NCBI GenBank assembly: GCA_030704615.1
Contig: CM060734.1
Location: 7,378,001 to 7,442,000, forward strand
Length of the DNA stretch: 64,000 bases
Reading direction: 5' to 3'
Source of the DNA: Takakia lepidozioides
Lineage: Eukaryota > Plantae > Bryophyta
Every line of letters begins with the position of its first letter. Positions within the stretch are counted from its first letter, which is position 1. The notes under the pieces are model-generated. The model worked only from the letters and a program-made list of their open reading frames with translations, did not search any database and was not told where the DNA came from. The position numbers and the translations under genes are program-made. Positions 1 to 14,694 of this stretch are shown here, one piece after another.

Positions 1-579
1 GGAAACTTGCATGAACAAGAAATACAGTAGCCTAAAAATTAGGCTACAGTAGGATGAATAGTGTATGAAGAGAGGTAGAAGATGACGGATTGCGCACTTA
101 AAATATACCTCCCCCTACCTTTTCTTAGGAACAAGTGAGATTTGGGAGGGACTTGGAACGAAAGAGGGGTGGGCCCACCAATTCACTTATTTTAATAGTT
201 TAGCCAAGCACGCTTTGCTAGTTTTGAATGATTTTCATTAACGAAGGAGTGATTTATCATCCAAAGGGGATAAACACCATTCATTAGTAGTAGAAGTTGG
301 TCAACTCTGCGGGAACATGTTCCCTCTACGATAGTGAATAGTTCCCAGTGTAATCTTGTGTTCTCAAGTGGTACCCTTGATCCCCTGGAGGTAATTCTGG
401 TATCCCTGGGATCTTTTGGAGATTCTCCACCCATAGGAATTTTCTTGTTTTTCTTCATTTTTATTAATTTTTATTTGATTTTCTGCTATTTTTTAATCCA
501 GTAAATAACCATTGCAATTTAGGAGTTTCTAACGCCCCCCCCCTTTAAACTGAAAACTGAGTTTTAAAGGGATTTAGCC

Positions 580-1010
580 CTTCCTAAGGGTTGTCTTGAT
601 CCTAAACACCCATGAATTGGAGGGGCAGTGGGAAGAGGTATCCCTCTTCCTCCCTAAACTCGGTAGGCGCTTTGTGAAGGGACCACAAGAGGATCCCGGC
701 TATAAGCACCTCGGGGTTTAGGCCTGTAGGAAACTTAGAAAATAAGTAAGACTTGGAAGACAATCAATGTATAAAAAATCGTAAACAGACCGTAGGACGT
801 AGGAACGCAACCTTGCCCTGTGAAGAAGATTGAACTTTTCTTTGCCGGTAGAATTAGAATTTTGTTCACTGATTTCACAACTAACACATCACGGATCCCC
901 TACACTAACTGCAGTCGGGTGGGCGGTTCTCCGAGCCCAACCCATTCCGCTACACACCTCGACCCCTCCTAGCTAGTATGCCGGCACCCTGGCTGCGTGC
1001 ACCCATGGCT
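580..1010 (+). repeat. Non-coding repeat homologous (inverted) to 63380-63815, the region upstream of the Dualen-like fragment
   Basis: Shared colinear blocks, e.g. AAGACTTGGAAG, ACCGTAGGAC, GCCCTGTGAAGA, TCTTTGCCGGTAG, CACTAACYGCAGTCGGGTRGGCGGTTC, GAGCCCAACC, versus the reverse complement of 63380-63815. Confidence 0.75.
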
Positions 1011-1595
1011 CATCAAAGACTCGGGTCTTTTGAAGATCACTCAGAGTTGTTCGGTTATCTTCAGAAAGAAATCTCAATTTGTGGCTTTGTTTGGAGATAA
1101 GAAGGGAAAAAAGAGGGGCAAAACTCCAGTTGGGATTGTTGTCATCTCATCCACTTTCCTCCCCCCCTGACTTCAGTTGGATTTCCTCCCGGCTGCTATC
1201 TTGAAACAACTGCATGCAAGCTGCAACATACACAACTGCAACTGTGGCAAGACAAAATTTGAACAGGATTTTGGTACAAGCGGGTGGTGGGCATTTCTGT
1301 CCTCAACATGGGACAGCTGCTGTCCAGTTGCCCAACTGAACACCTGGCACACCATCAAATGTAAGGCTACTTTTCCTGAAAGAATTCCAATTTTAAACCC
1401 TATTAACGTACAAGCTTGATGTTACTACAGCAGTACCCTTATTTTGCTTCCAAACTATTCCTGGTTAGGGAGGCTTCACCTGTCACTGAGGACTAGGTGA
1501 CCATAAGGGAAGTGAGAAAAGGGCCTGGAGGCAAATCTTCAATGTACAAGCAAGGGCAAAGCCATCATGCGTGAGGAGGGACTCTATGGTTGGAT

Positions 1596-4500
1596 TCACA
1601 TCATCATGTTTAGGTCAGACAAATCATCCATTGGAACGTCTAAACCCATGAGAAGCTCATCTGATGGTTGCAAGCTGGGGTCCTCGACCTCAAAGTCAAG
1701 CCATGCCCCCAAGGCTTGTGCACTCAAATCCGTACCCATATCTTCCATGCCAGGCAGGGGCAACTGTGAGAGGTCTACAACTGCCTCACTGTCAATCCCA
1801 CGCCTGGGCTCTTGAGAAGGAACAGGGGCCAGCAGTATTGGAGCAAGTTCCTGCTTTGCGTGTGCCAACCTCTGTATGGATGGTTGTTGTGCAGCTGGGG
1901 CCTGCCCCTTCGAGAATTGCTGCTGAATGGGAGGTTTCGGAAACAATCCATTCACAGGTTTTAAGAGAGGCACATTTTTAAGTCGTGGTTTCGTCTTGGT
2001 CTTGCGCTCCCCCTTGATGTTGCCTAGGTTGGGCCAGGCAGCAGCAGCCACAGTCCCTCCTTTAGTGCTGTCTCCACTGCGACTATGGCTACCTTCCTTA
2101 TACTGGCTCCCCTTCCCATCACGGTCGCGCTCACTGCGCTTTCCCTTTGTCCCACCCAGGCCATTGATCCCTAATGTCTTGACATCCCGCATGCTGGTTG
2201 GGCCTGCCACATCTTCCAGTAACACTTCTCGCTCCTTTGCTCGTGATGGCCAAGCCTCCTCTTTAGGTTTGACACGTTCCGTAGGAGGTCCTAGAGGTGA
2301 GGGCCCCTCTGACAAATCCCTTTCTGTCTTTGCCCTTCCTTCTGGCCGGCGGACAGCAGGCCGTCCTAAGGCTTCAGTAACAACAGCAGCTGTTGCAACA
2401 ACTCCACAAGCAATCTCCATCACATAGGGAGGGAGGAAAAAGCAATAAACTAAAGTGAAAAGCCACAATTTAGCATAAAAACATATTCCAGCTACTTTAC
2501 ATGGGCTAATTTTCTTTTAACCTGCCAGACTAAGATAATATTTTCTTTCTGCACACATGCCCTATTGTAAGGGTTGCAGACATGTAAAGAGAAATGAATC
2601 TAGTTTGAACAAAACAAGGTGGTTCCCAAAAGTGCAGAAGGTGCATGTTCATCCTCTTCTTTCCAATTAGAGCCCGGCAACATAGACTAAAAAGTGCACC
2701 TCCATGTCCATACATGAATACAGACATACAAGCAGCATGCAAAGAGAGGAAAGGTACACCAACCTGGAGGCTTAGGAGTTGGAACTGGCACCAATACAGG
2801 GGCATCTGCAGCAACAGGAGTAACACCTGCATCACTCTCTAAAGCACCAGCAGCTCCCTCCTTTGCTACGCTCACTTTGGGATTGACGCAAAAAAGCAAA
2901 TCCCGCAGTGTAGGGTCAACAATACAGCCATGGCCTGCTTTAAAGCTGTGAACCCTTGCCAGCACCCGCTTGGCAAAGGTCAGTGCTGCAGCTCTAGCCC
3001 CTTTGGCAGCTGCTCCCTTGGAGCCCGAGTTTCCCCCTCGTCCCTGAAAACAAGGAAAACTGGTGTCAAAACAACACAAAGAAGCTTTGATAACAGCATA
3101 CAACATAGAGATCTGACTGTGCAGTAACACACCTCATGCTGTTTACCTCTTGGATATTAGAATAACTGTATGTTCCACTAGATTAAAAAAAGAAGAATCT
3201 CAGACCCAGTCATTTATACCAAAGCACTCTCTTGCATATAACTCTCACACATTCATTACGATTGTACCCACCTACAAGGGTCAAACCAAATAGCTGAATG
3301 TTCCTATGGGAAGCCTCTCAGAAGAACAGTTCCAGGATTTAATTGATGCAAAGCCTGCTTACAATGTAGCACTCTGCATGTTTCTTTTGCCGTGACTTCA
3401 ATATTCCCACTTACAACGCTCAGTTCAAGACCATTTGGTACGATGATGTTAATAGCAACCCAGACATGCATCATATCACAAGTGAAGACTGAAGACAGGT
3501 CAGTGGGCATACCATGCGCCGAGTGTAGGCCAATTCCACAAGCTTCTCCATGGCCAGGTGCTCCCGAGCCCTGTAGTTCAGATTTACAGTCATTTACATA
3601 TAGCAAAGTATCCTTCTCAAAGATCCAGTCTACAAACTGGACCATACTCGGCAGGCAGAGAAGTGAAGGCAGATCAGAATTTGACAAGGGTGTTCCTTGA
3701 CCATAATCGCTTGCTGCAGCTCGGTTTACAGGTTGGGCTGCCAGCAATGGTCCTGGTGGACAAACCTGTTTCTTACAATGATCTCAGGGAACTGCCAGTG
3801 CCTGCTTCTACTCCGTGGCCACATTATCAATATCCATTTAAGGCAAAGACTGCACCTGTCTTCAGCTTCCTTCCTGGCCAGGACCGCGCTCTCAAGACTT
3901 TTGATTCGTCCCTTATTATTGCAAACCTGTGCCGGGAAACTCAGTCTCATTAGAATAAACTGTTTATTTCAATGACAATTATTACAAGCAAAGGCTTGGA
4001 GCCCCAGTTTGCAACTCCATCTTTACTTCACTGAAATTTCTGTGATACGTACATGCTTCGATTCAAATTGGAACATCTTTAAGAGAAATCAGGCCAATTC
4101 ACTGCTATACGACAGTTGTTTGTGCAACAGCACGGGATACAACTCCATGTCATGCCTAGCCTTGTCCTACACATCAAATGAGAGTTTCCAATTAGAACAA
4201 CAAAGCCAGATGAGCAGGGATGGCAAAGGGAAAATGACCTGCTCTTTGAGTTCATACTGCATCTTCCTGAGCTCCTCACTAATCTCGTCATCTTCTCTTT
4301 GACAAAAATCGGGCTGCTTTCCCCCACTCATGCGTACCCAGATCCGTCAGTGTCTCTCTCTATTAGCAGTTTGCATTCACAAAGTCCTCCAGCTTCTAGT
4401 GTTTTTGTGGGCTTTCCACGTACGTTATATAAGTTTCTTTCTTTCTCCCAAAACAAACCCAATCTCTCACTGAAGTCTTCCATTATGAGGATCAGAAATG

Positions 4501-7500
4501 CTTGGCAGCTTATCTGCACGAAGCTTTGAGCCTTAGGCAATCCCTTGAGCAGTAGTTGCTGTTTGGGCTGCTTCTGGCCCTTTGTCTTTCTTTCTTGTAT
4601 CTTGCTTTCCTATTGCCCCATAAGCTCTTTGAGGTTTTGCAGACGTTATAAAGTTCCATTTCATTTCATTTCTCCCTATCGCTCATGGTTTCTCTCTCTA
4701 CCTCGCCCAACCTCTCCCTCTCTCTACTGTCATTTAGTGTGTCCCGCAGGCTCTCTGGGACAGTGGAGGTAATAAATCTGTTTTTCTCTCTATCAGCCTT
4801 ATCTGTCAATAATAGGGCTGGCAATTCACATGCGTCACAATTTCGAGCTAGGGCCAGAAAAACAAGTGCGCCCAATCACCCTCATGCTCTCCACTATATT
4901 GTTATGCCAGAACATACTCATCTCCTTGTGACTGGATTGCCCTTGGGAGAGCCTGACCGGCTCCAGGAAGGCAAGTATCCCATGAGACATACCGCCTAAA
5001 AACTGGACAAGGTTTCCTCAGCAACTCTTTCTCACTCAAAAGCTGGGACTAGTGAGTACGAGAACCCTACCACTCAGCAAAGCCCAATAATGACAAAAGG
5101 ATCCTCCAACATGCACTGAATAAGCAAACGGCTTAACCAGATTCCACAGATGCCCATACGGCAAACTCATGGAATCCCTGGCTGGTCATATGCAGTGTGG
5201 CTAAAGAGGAAAACATAAAGTAACTACTCCCAAATTTATCCAACCAAACCATGCTTCCCGGAGATGGCACTCACCAATTGCTCAGGAAGCAATCCAATGC
5301 TCTGAAGTTCCAACAATAACCTGTCATCTAAACTCATTCGCTGAAACTGCCCTTCCCAAGGTGTCATTCCTGCCCCATGAGCCTGTCTGCCTATTCCCTG
5401 ATGGTCGTCCTTACTATAACCAAACATTTCATCCCCATAGACCCATTCAGGTCTGCCTGCATACTCCCCCTCAGCATCAGCAAGGATATCCTCCCCCTCT
5501 GCTAGGTCATCACCCCTTAGGAAAGACCCCCCAGGGCGGTTCATATGCCCATTAGACACAGCTGACCCTTCACTATATCCTCCATCTCTCACCCCATGAC
5601 TCCAACCATCACATTCCTGTTTCCCAATTTCAGAGTCTGACTCTCCATCAGGATCCTGCCGCTCATAATCTGTGCGCTCACTCTCGCTCCGACTACTCGG
5701 CCGCAGTGGCGATTCAGAGTCCCGCATCGGGCATTCTGCGAAAGGCTGGTCTAAGCAGGCTTCATAAAAAGGTTTTCGGCTGTTGTCAACCTGCCCCTCA
5801 TTGATGAATGCTGACAGTAGCCGTTGAGAGAGTGAAAATATTTTATCGAAAGAGATGCCATTGACCCATCTCCTTCCGCCGCACCCATTTTCATGTCTGT
5901 CTTTTGTATTGTTGGAGTTTTTGGTTGTGAAGCCCCCACCACTTTCTATGCTTCCATTGGCCAAACACATAGACTTGCCACCTGTCTCCAGGTTTGGTGA
6001 CACTGGTGGGGTCCCACTGCTTCGTACCAAGTCCACCTGCCCCATAACATGCACACAATTGCACTGTATCAATACAGCACCAAGCTTACAAGCACAAGCA
6101 CCCAGCAAGTCTTATTTTCATTGTGTTGACTGCATCTATGGTGCAATAGAAATGGTTAAGATTTTAAGTCTAGAGGGAGCCATGCTACACTCATAACAAG
6201 CAGACACAGAAGAGCTGACCAAAAGACCATTGCATACCTTGCCAGAGTGATCTCCACAAGATGGGATGTGCAAGGCTGAGTCACTCTCCTCCAGATCTGT
6301 GGTCTGCATCAGGAATATGAGGATTAAAGTCAGCCTAATCACTGATATGTGCCCTGAATGTCCCAAGCTCAAAGTAGTGAGAATGTGACAACACAAGCTA
6401 AGAGAGTACTTCACAGAAGAAAGGTAACTCTAAGACAACTGAAAGAACTTGAAAGACTCGAGAGATATTATTACCTCCACTGGAAACCGGAAGCACTTAT
6501 GTGAAACACCCAAATAAGACTCAAAACCCTGCCAGAAGTTTTATGCCTAACTTCATAGATTGTACTCATAAGACGTTGTTTGCCGTAGCCTTGTGGCCAT
6601 TGACCCCGCGCCCAGTTTGAGCGGGAACAAAAGGGACAGAACCTACCTCTGTCAGGGGCTGACGTTGGTAGTAAGACTTACCTCCATATAAAGAATTAAT
6701 CCGGGTTTTCCAGATATCCTCTAGAAATCCCTTCACACAAACATCAATCTGCTGTGTGTGATTTGCCCAAAAACTAGGCCTCAGGAGGGCCTGGGCTTTT
6801 GGCTCAGCCTCGAGACTTTCAAAGTTGGTAAACAGGGGTACAGGCACATTTCCCTTAATAGATTTGAAGAGAGCGTCTCTTTGGTGAGAGAACCCCGGAC
6901 AGTGTATCAGAAAATGAATACTGTCTTCAGATTGCCCACACAACGGGCAATTGCACTCTCCCTTTCCTCTCTGCTTCTGTTTGCTGTTCAAAGGTAGGCT
7001 TCCTGCCCTGAGTTTAAATTTCAGTCTAGTGCCGAGAGTGGGTAGACCCTTGAGGTCATCCAAGATGTCCTCCCCCATGTCACAGACTGGAAACAAGTTC
7101 AGGGAAGTTTTCTGCCTAACTTCATTTTCATCAGACAATCTCATGGCAACAGACATGGCTGAGGACACTACAGCCTCTAAGTCAGATTTATCCAGCAGGG
7201 TCAAGACTTGCGGATCCAGGTCCAGGTCCTTGAGGATCTCTTCTACTCTCTTCTGCCAGGACTTAGCCTGTTTGACAGGGCGGTCCTGTTTCCAAGATAT
7301 AGAGTCGATTAACTTAGGATATCTGGTGTTGGGCATAGTTTGCAGCTGACCCCACCATCTGACCTTGAATTCATCTCGTCGGGAGCTTAAGGACGGAATG
7401 CCAAACTCACCCCGAACAGCCACATTGGCTGTTTTGGAGCATGCTGACATACACTCCTTAAGCACCCCCACTTGAATGGATTCTAGAGACTTAGCCTGGT

Positions 7501-10500
7501 TGGAGTTATCAACCCATATAGCAGATCCGTACTCCAAGGCAGGTCTAATAACGCGACAAAGCATGGTTTTCTTAACCTCAGAGTTGACCCCTCTGCAGTG
7601 GAAAAATTTAGTGAGCCCCAGAGCCCCTTGCCAGTTTGAACAACTTTCCGGATATGTGCATCCCAATTACAATTGGAGGAGAACTCAACGCCCAGGTAAG
7701 TGTAGGAAGGGAGGACCGGGATCTCTTGGCTACCCCACTGCCACTTAAGATCACTTCCTCCCTCTCCTCTGTCGTTGAATGCTACCACTGCACATTTGCT
7801 GACATTAGCCTCTAACCCCCAAAGATCAAAGTATCTCTTCGCACAATCAATCAACTCCTGGAGATTGGTTGGAGTCTCCCCTATGCCTGCGAAGTCATCC
7901 GCAAACATAAGGGCTGGTATGGTGGTATCACCCACCCTTAACCCAAATCCCTCACTTTCCACATCCTCGAGGAGTTGATTGATGAAAACATTGAAGAGCA
8001 GAGGGGAGAGAGTACATCCTTGAGCTACACCTTGGTCTATGTCAAAGAAGTTGGACTTCTGTCCGTTAACAGTGACACAGCTTTTGGTGTGAGCATACAA
8101 GTTGTGGACAACTCTCCACATCTTTCCCTTGATCCCACAAGACCAGAGGCGGAACCATAGGCCATCTCTCCACACTGTGTCATAAGCCTTTTTGACATCC
8201 AGGAAAAAGACATAAGTGGGTTTCCCTTCTTTTTTCCTTCCCTGGATAATCTGGCTTAGAGTGAAGATATGATCCACACAGCCCCTGTTTCGCCGAAAGC
8301 CAGCTTGGCCTTCGTGAAAACAACCTCTAGACTCCAGATCAACCTCGAGACGAGTACTTATAACTCTGCAGAATGTCTTGCCAACAGCATTGAGGAGCGT
8401 GATGCCACGGTAGTTCCCCGGTTCTTCTCTGTCACCCTTCTTGTATAGATTGACAATGACCCCCTGTCGCCAGCGAAAGGGGATCATTTCAGTCTTCCAG
8501 ATAAGGTTAAAGAGGAGAACTAGGGCCTCTATCATGGGATCGCCACCGTGCTTGATAAGCTCGTTGACAATTCCATCAGGTCCACCAGCTTTATATCCAT
8601 TTAAATGTTCAATTGCTTCCACAATCTCAGAAGAACTAATGGGAGCATTATAAGCCATTGAAACTAACTTCATAGAGTGAGGTTGTTTGCCGTAGCCTTG
8701 TGGCCATTGACCCCGCCCACAGTTTGAGCGGAACACAAAGGGACTTCATAGAATGTACTCATAAGACGTTTGCTGTAGCCTTGTGGCCATTGACCCCGTG
8801 CGCAGTTTGAACGGAACACAAAGGGACAGAACCTATCTCTGTCAGGAGCTGAAGTCGGTAGTAAGACTTACCTTGGTAAAGAACATTGATCCGGGTTTTC
8901 CAGATATCCTCTAGAAATCCCTTCACACAAGCATCAATTTGCTGTGTGTGGTTTGCCCAGTAACTAGGCCCCAGAAGGGCCTGGGCTTTTGGCTCAGCCT
9001 CGAGACTTTCAAAGTTGGTAAACATAGGTACAGGCACAATTCCCGATTTGAGGAGAGCGTCTCTCTGGTGAGAGTACCCTGGACAGTGTATCAGGAAATG
9101 AATATTGTCTTCGGGTTGCCCACACAACGGGCAATCGCACTCTCCCTTTCCTCTCTGCTTCTGTTTACTGTCCAAAGGTAGGCTTCCTGCCCTGAGTTTA
9201 AATTTCAGTCTGGTGCCGAGAGTGGGTAGACCCTTGAGGTCATCCATGATATCCTCCCCCATGTCACAGACTGGAAACAGGTTCAGGGAATTCTGCCTAA
9301 CTTCATTTTCATCGGACAATTTTCTGGTAACAGACATGGCTTTGGACACTACAGTCTCTAAGTCAGATTTATCCAGCAAGGTCAAGACTTGCGGGTCCAG
9401 ATTCAGATCCTTGAGAATCTCTTCTACTCTCTTCTGCCAGGACTTAGCCTGTTTGACAGGGCGGTCCTGTTTCCAAGATATAGAGTCGATTAACTTAGGA
9501 TATCTGGTGTTGGACGTGTTGCAACTGACCCCACCACCTGACCTTGGAATTCATCTCGTCGGGAGCTTAAGGAAGGGATGCCAAACTCGCCCCGAACAGC
9601 CACATTGGCTGTTTTGGAGCATGCTGACATGCACTCCTTAAGCACCCCCACTTGAATGGATTCTAGAGACTTAGCCTGGGACTAAGGGACTTCATAGAGA
9701 GAGAGAGAGATTGTACTCATAAGACGTTGTTTGCCGTAGCCTTGTGGCCATAGAGAGAGAGAGAGAGAGAGAGAAACTGTACTTGTTGGCGGAGATAAGA
9801 CAGGTCATTGGAAGTAACATATGCGAAATATGGCTCTACTTGCCTCCAAAAACCACTGGAGCAACCAGAAGCTGCATGCACAAAAATTTGATTGGCAATA
9901 AATTGGAGGTGAACTTGACAAATACAGTAAAAATGCTAATCAATTGAGAAATAACAGTCAATCTAGTCTGAATTCTTAAGCCTCTGGAAGAGGACATTCA
10001 ACCAGTGTCCTGATATCACACTGTGGTAGCCACCTTTTACTTCAATCCTGCCAGCTTCTCTTACTACTTGACAAGCCTTCAAAAGGGATGCTAATCTCAC
10101 CACTGGCATTTACAGCAAGCTTGACTGCATTGACCAGTTGCTCAAGATCATCATCAGACTCTCCTGCAAATTTTAAAACCACAAGTCAGGTGCACGCTCA
10201 TTGACGTGCCACGCTCACCCACCTTCCACAAGTAACCTTAATTCAGTTCTACTTTGGAGTTAAATCCTGAGCTACTGTATGTAGCGCTCAAGAAAACCCC
10301 AATTAGCAACGCCAGCCATTGCATAGCATGGAAAGCATCGTGTCCAATCTAAGTACCAGCAGCAAAAACTTACAATCTTCTCCCAGGTCGAGTAAAAACT
10401 AAGAAAACAATGCCACGATAACATATCTACTCAAAGCTACTCCAATCTCTGATCGTGGTAATGGCACTGCTAGGAAGCCTGGAATGTTACTGCCATCCAT

Positions 10501-13500
10501 CTCTTCAACTGGCAATGAAATGCTTCCAGCTCTATGAAAACTTCATGATGTGCTGCTTTCTGTGCAGCAACACATCATTGTCTAATGGAAGCAACCTGTT
10601 TAAGCTTCGGGAAACTTCTCACAGGTCTTGAAAGAAAAACAAAACTACAATCTAGCAAGTTTAGTAGGAAAATTCTCTTTTTTTACAGAGGAACCAGCAA
10701 AACCAGAGAAAGAGCGAGTGGGTCTGCCCTCCAATCCATACGAAGACCAAAAGACACGGGGAGTCAGCTGCCAGATAAGCTGCCCTGCTTCACCCTCTAT
10801 GCAGGTTGAGCAAAAATTTTGACCACTTACAGAGTCTGGCTTCAAATGCAACAAACCTGAGAGCTCCCCAAGGCCGTTGCCAAGTAGCCGCCTAGGCCTA
10901 GTCGTAGGCTTGCGATCCACTGTGCTTTTCTTTGTAGGTGGTCGCCCAGGCCTGCAAACAGTGATATTGTGTTTTTGGAATGTGACATTCAGACAACACT
11001 AAGAGAGCAAGCAGCCCACCACCAATCTCATAGGGTTTGAAATGGCAGCTGCAAGAGTGCCAAGCTTCTGGCTAAAGCAAGGAGGGACATGGCTCAAGCA
11101 TAAATCAACAAAGAACTGGAACACATCATACACATACCTCACCATTTGGCCTGACGACCAATTTGAAAGATTCAAATAGGATAGACTACATAAAATCTTA
11201 CTTCACAGAAAAGTAACAATTCTGCAGGAAAGGCAGAGGAAGGTAGGGGAAAAGTAGTAATACACACCCACAGAAGATGATAAATAAAGGACACAGACTT
11301 CACTGACAGTCAGAGAGACAAGGAACCCACTCATCAGGCTTAGTGTCCGTAGTGACTCTGGTACTCCTCAGCAGCTTTGCAATAGCTGGCGCAACTTCCA
11401 CTTTTTCAGGAGGGGGGTTCACAACAGCCACCCGAGGTGCTACGGCCCCCCTTCCGCTCCGCCCTTGCCTTCGCACACCATCCCCTCCTCCCCCTTCTTC
11501 CTTTGACACAACCCGTGTCTTCTTTGCTGGCACAACAACATTTCCCATTTTCTGGCTGGATGTCATCAGTTTCTGCTCCCCAACCTCCCCACCTTGTTTC
11601 TTGCATTTTTCCTTTGATTTGTTGCCAGCATCGTCGGACTCATCACTCTCCAAAACCCCAACAGAAGCTGTTGGCCACTCAACTCGAGGTTTCGTCTGCA
11701 AGAGAGAGTGGGTGCTAGATACTGTGACTCTTCGAGCCAAACCTGCACCTCCACTTGCACCTGGAGTGGTAGCCCTACCACCAGGGGTGGAGGCACTACC
11801 ACTCCCATCACGGCTCGGTAAACCCCCTTCACCTGTTCCGTTTGCCTCCTCACGAGATGAGAGAAATGTGTCTACAGGGGGCAGATTCACACGCCGTGCC
11901 ACACGCGCCATTTTCTGAGGCCTCTGGATGCCCCACTGGGCCACTGGTGGGGATGATGACCTGGATGGAGCAGGCCTCTTGCGATTGTTTGGTCCTGCAA
12001 GGACCTGTGCTTTGGGTTGAGCTGCCGCTGACGGTCGTTCCCTGGCCTCGCCAAACGATGAAGAACGGCTCATTGATGGGTTTGTGCCGGCAGCTGAGCT
12101 CGATCGAGGTGCTCTTGAAGCTTTACCTTTTGTAATGATGGCAGGGCCCGGATGTGATTCCTCTCGAGATGGCCTGTGTCCAGAATTTGAAAGAAATAGT
12201 ATTATGACAAGGAAAATCTTCACTTGCAATAATTAAGAGGCCAAGTAGAGGCTAACATGCATACAAATATTTGTTAGATTGGTGGCACTAGAATCTCCAA
12301 AGAGATTCCCACTTCAGACAGTTTCACAACATGAAAGCATTTATGCAATGTGGCACATGGGAGGGAGAAGCCTTCATATCCGACTTAACACATTCTATTT
12401 AGGGTACTGGTTAAGTAGAGTAAGGATGGGATGGCTGTTACAGATGGAAAAACAGACACACACAACACATTCTGTGCCAGACTGCAGATAACGTGTGCTT
12501 TACAATGTCAGGTTTCTTTTGAAGAGCCCACTTTTCTAAAGTATAAAGTGATCTGCGTTAAATGCATTGTCCTATCTCACATCTAGGATCAGCAAAACAT
12601 AGAAGACATACTTTACTCCATTTTTTGAAACCGGACGCTCCCTTTCTGAAAGATTGTGACGGTTTCCCCTCTCTCCCGTAGGAGTTGCACACTCGGAGTC
12701 CCCCTTACTTGCTCCACGCATGCCTGAACCACTTAGCTGGGCTGATACCTCTGTTTTATGTATCGAAGTGATGCCATGCACAGGCCCTGATCTGTGTTTT
12801 CCATATAGCACCAACTTAAAACATCGTCTAGCCAAAACATTCCTTGTCTGTGTGAGACTAAGAGGTGTGTGTGTATGGATGTAAACCCTTGCAAGTCTTT
12901 CAGAATGTTCGTACAAGTCCAATCCAGCTCTGGCAAAACTAGCTACCCCCTATCCTTCTGCCATAAGCCCAATAGTTTTCAAAATTATTGATCTGATTGC
13001 CAGAAACTGACAACCATAACTTTTGACCGGAGCTCATACCTGAAGCCATGACCCTCGCTTGGCCGCGAGCGACTGTCAAGATTAAGTCTCTGATGCTGCA
13101 CACTCCATTTGTGGTCACGATCGTCTGAGGACCCATTGACCACATTTGCAGCATCCGACTTAATAGCTGACCGCCGCCCTTTCATCTTAGTCTTCTCCCA
13201 GCCCTCATTACTTGCCAATGGTGTCCTCTCCTTTTCTTCAACTGGTGAGGCAAGAGAACTACTTGGCCTGGAGGTATCCCTCTCTCTCTCTTGTACACCA
13301 GAGGACCGTTGCACACTCAAGTTGCTGGGACGGCCTTCAGGCTGAAATTGAACCAGGAAGGGTGTTAATACATGCTGGCCAAAAGACTGCACCAAATCTA
13401 CCTAAGCCAGACCAACCAGAAATGCAAAATCGGAATGAATACAGATGGCTGTCGCTTGGTTGTTTGTGATGAACCTAGCCGAACACATGTTCAGAGTATA

Positions 13501-14694
13501 TCATGACATTGATAACTTCGAACTTTTGACTTGAGCACTAGTCAATGCGGTCAAGCATGACATAGCTTTATAAATGAAATAGGTGACAAGCTTCCTGGTG
13601 TACATACCCGTACATCAGCCAGTGACGTCCGAACCCGCTTGTTGGGGACAACACTCTTGCTCTTATCAACTCCCTTTTGTGATCCAATGGTATCCAGGGT
13701 GCTTGAATGGCTGGGAATAGCATTTAAGCTGCCTTTATTGACATGTACCGCCACCACCGACGGACGCTCAGCTGGCAATAATGACAGTGGTCGTTCATGT
13801 GTATTAGGATCAGGTCTTGACCGCTTCCTCGATTGCATTGTATTCCGATATCTGTCCAACTTTTGCACTGCCTCATTGAGGTGTCGAGCCCGGTCCCTGC
13901 CGGCAGCAACAACCCCGCCACCTCTTCACATCAGACATGCAACAAGCGAGCACTCACACTTTTCCAAGTTCCTATGTACTAAGGTCAGCAATTTTGAAGA
14001 GTCTTCATGTCAATGTTTACTTGGCCATGCTTGGCTAGAGTGCAATGATTGTGATGGTCTCAAGAATAAGACTCAAGAATCTAGCATCCTAAGGATTAAG
14101 AAAAACCTCAATGCTGACACAATTTGATACTAGGATGCAGGTTCATACATGCACTGCATCGAAATGGGTTAGGTGCCAGCACTAGCAAGTTATAGAGTGA
14201 GCCAAATTATCACTAAATGAACCACAGCCACTACGCCTACTGGATGAAGCTCTGACTTACCTGGCCCGGGAAGCAATATCGATAAGACTTGACCTAAGCC
14301 GCTTAAGGTCTTCAGCTCCAAAGGTATCCAGGGGCTTGGACTGCACGGCCCCAAGAGCAGGATCATCAGCGACCACTCCTGTCGCAGCATTCATGGCCTG
14401 CCGTAGTTCTACTTGCCGACTAAACCTCTGGTCCACTACGGATAATTGATCCAGTGATAGAACATTTGCCAATGGCTGAAGCTCCCCATGAGGTGCTGCC
14501 CCACCTCCTGTCGACCCAGTCCCTGATGCACTCAGCCCTCCTGCCCCAACAGCCCCTGGAGCCAATGTCCGGCCTTCATGGCCATCTCGAAAGCTACCAG
14601 ACCGCTCCAAGGTAGTATTGAAGCGTCCCACTCCGTAAGTGGTTCCATCAGGACTATTTGAGGTCATTGTTTCCAATCTCTGGATAGATGCCAT
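1596..14694 (-). CDS. Multi-exon plant SAGA complex subunit, SCS/ADA3-like (Arabidopsis AT2G19390/AT4G29790/AT5G22450-like family)
   Basis: Exonic ORF pieces: LERSGSFRDG (14.5 kb), KSVVPNKRVRTSLADVR, EGWEKTKMKGRRSAIK, PVAQWGIQRPQKMARVARRVNLPP, GDGVRRQGRSGR, SLDDRLLLELQSIGLLPE, KGERKTKTKPR, and the family-type C-terminus LMGLDVPMDDLSDLNMMM* at 1596. GT-AG junctions are visible. Start ATG inferred at 14694; exon borders approximate. Confidence 0.85.
6560..8663 (-). mobile_element. 5'-truncated non-LTR retrotransposon (LINE; RT + C-terminal CCHC), copy 1, in an intron of the host gene
   Basis: RT motifs GPDGI, NYRGITLL, QAGFR, FLDVKKAYD, GVAQGCTLSPLLF, FADD, YTYLG; C-terminal CPLC..HFLIHC; one frameshift near 7.6 kb; flanked by 13-bp direct repeat CTAACTTCATAGA (6547-6559, 8664-8676). 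Confidence 0.92.
8677..9750 (-). mobile_element. Three further 3' fragments of the same LINE (about 8677-8742, 8753-9688, 9711-9748) stacked head-to-tail against a (GA)n tract
   Basis: High identity to the 3' part of 6560-7500; each junction carries ACTTCATAGA or CATAGA; (GA)n at about 9697-9710 and 9753-9774. Confidence 0.88.

Noticed and set aside
1927-2427. Plus-strand ORFs overlapping host-gene and transposase exons (also 11343-11918, 21704-22429)
   Set aside because: Antisense shadows of real coding exons
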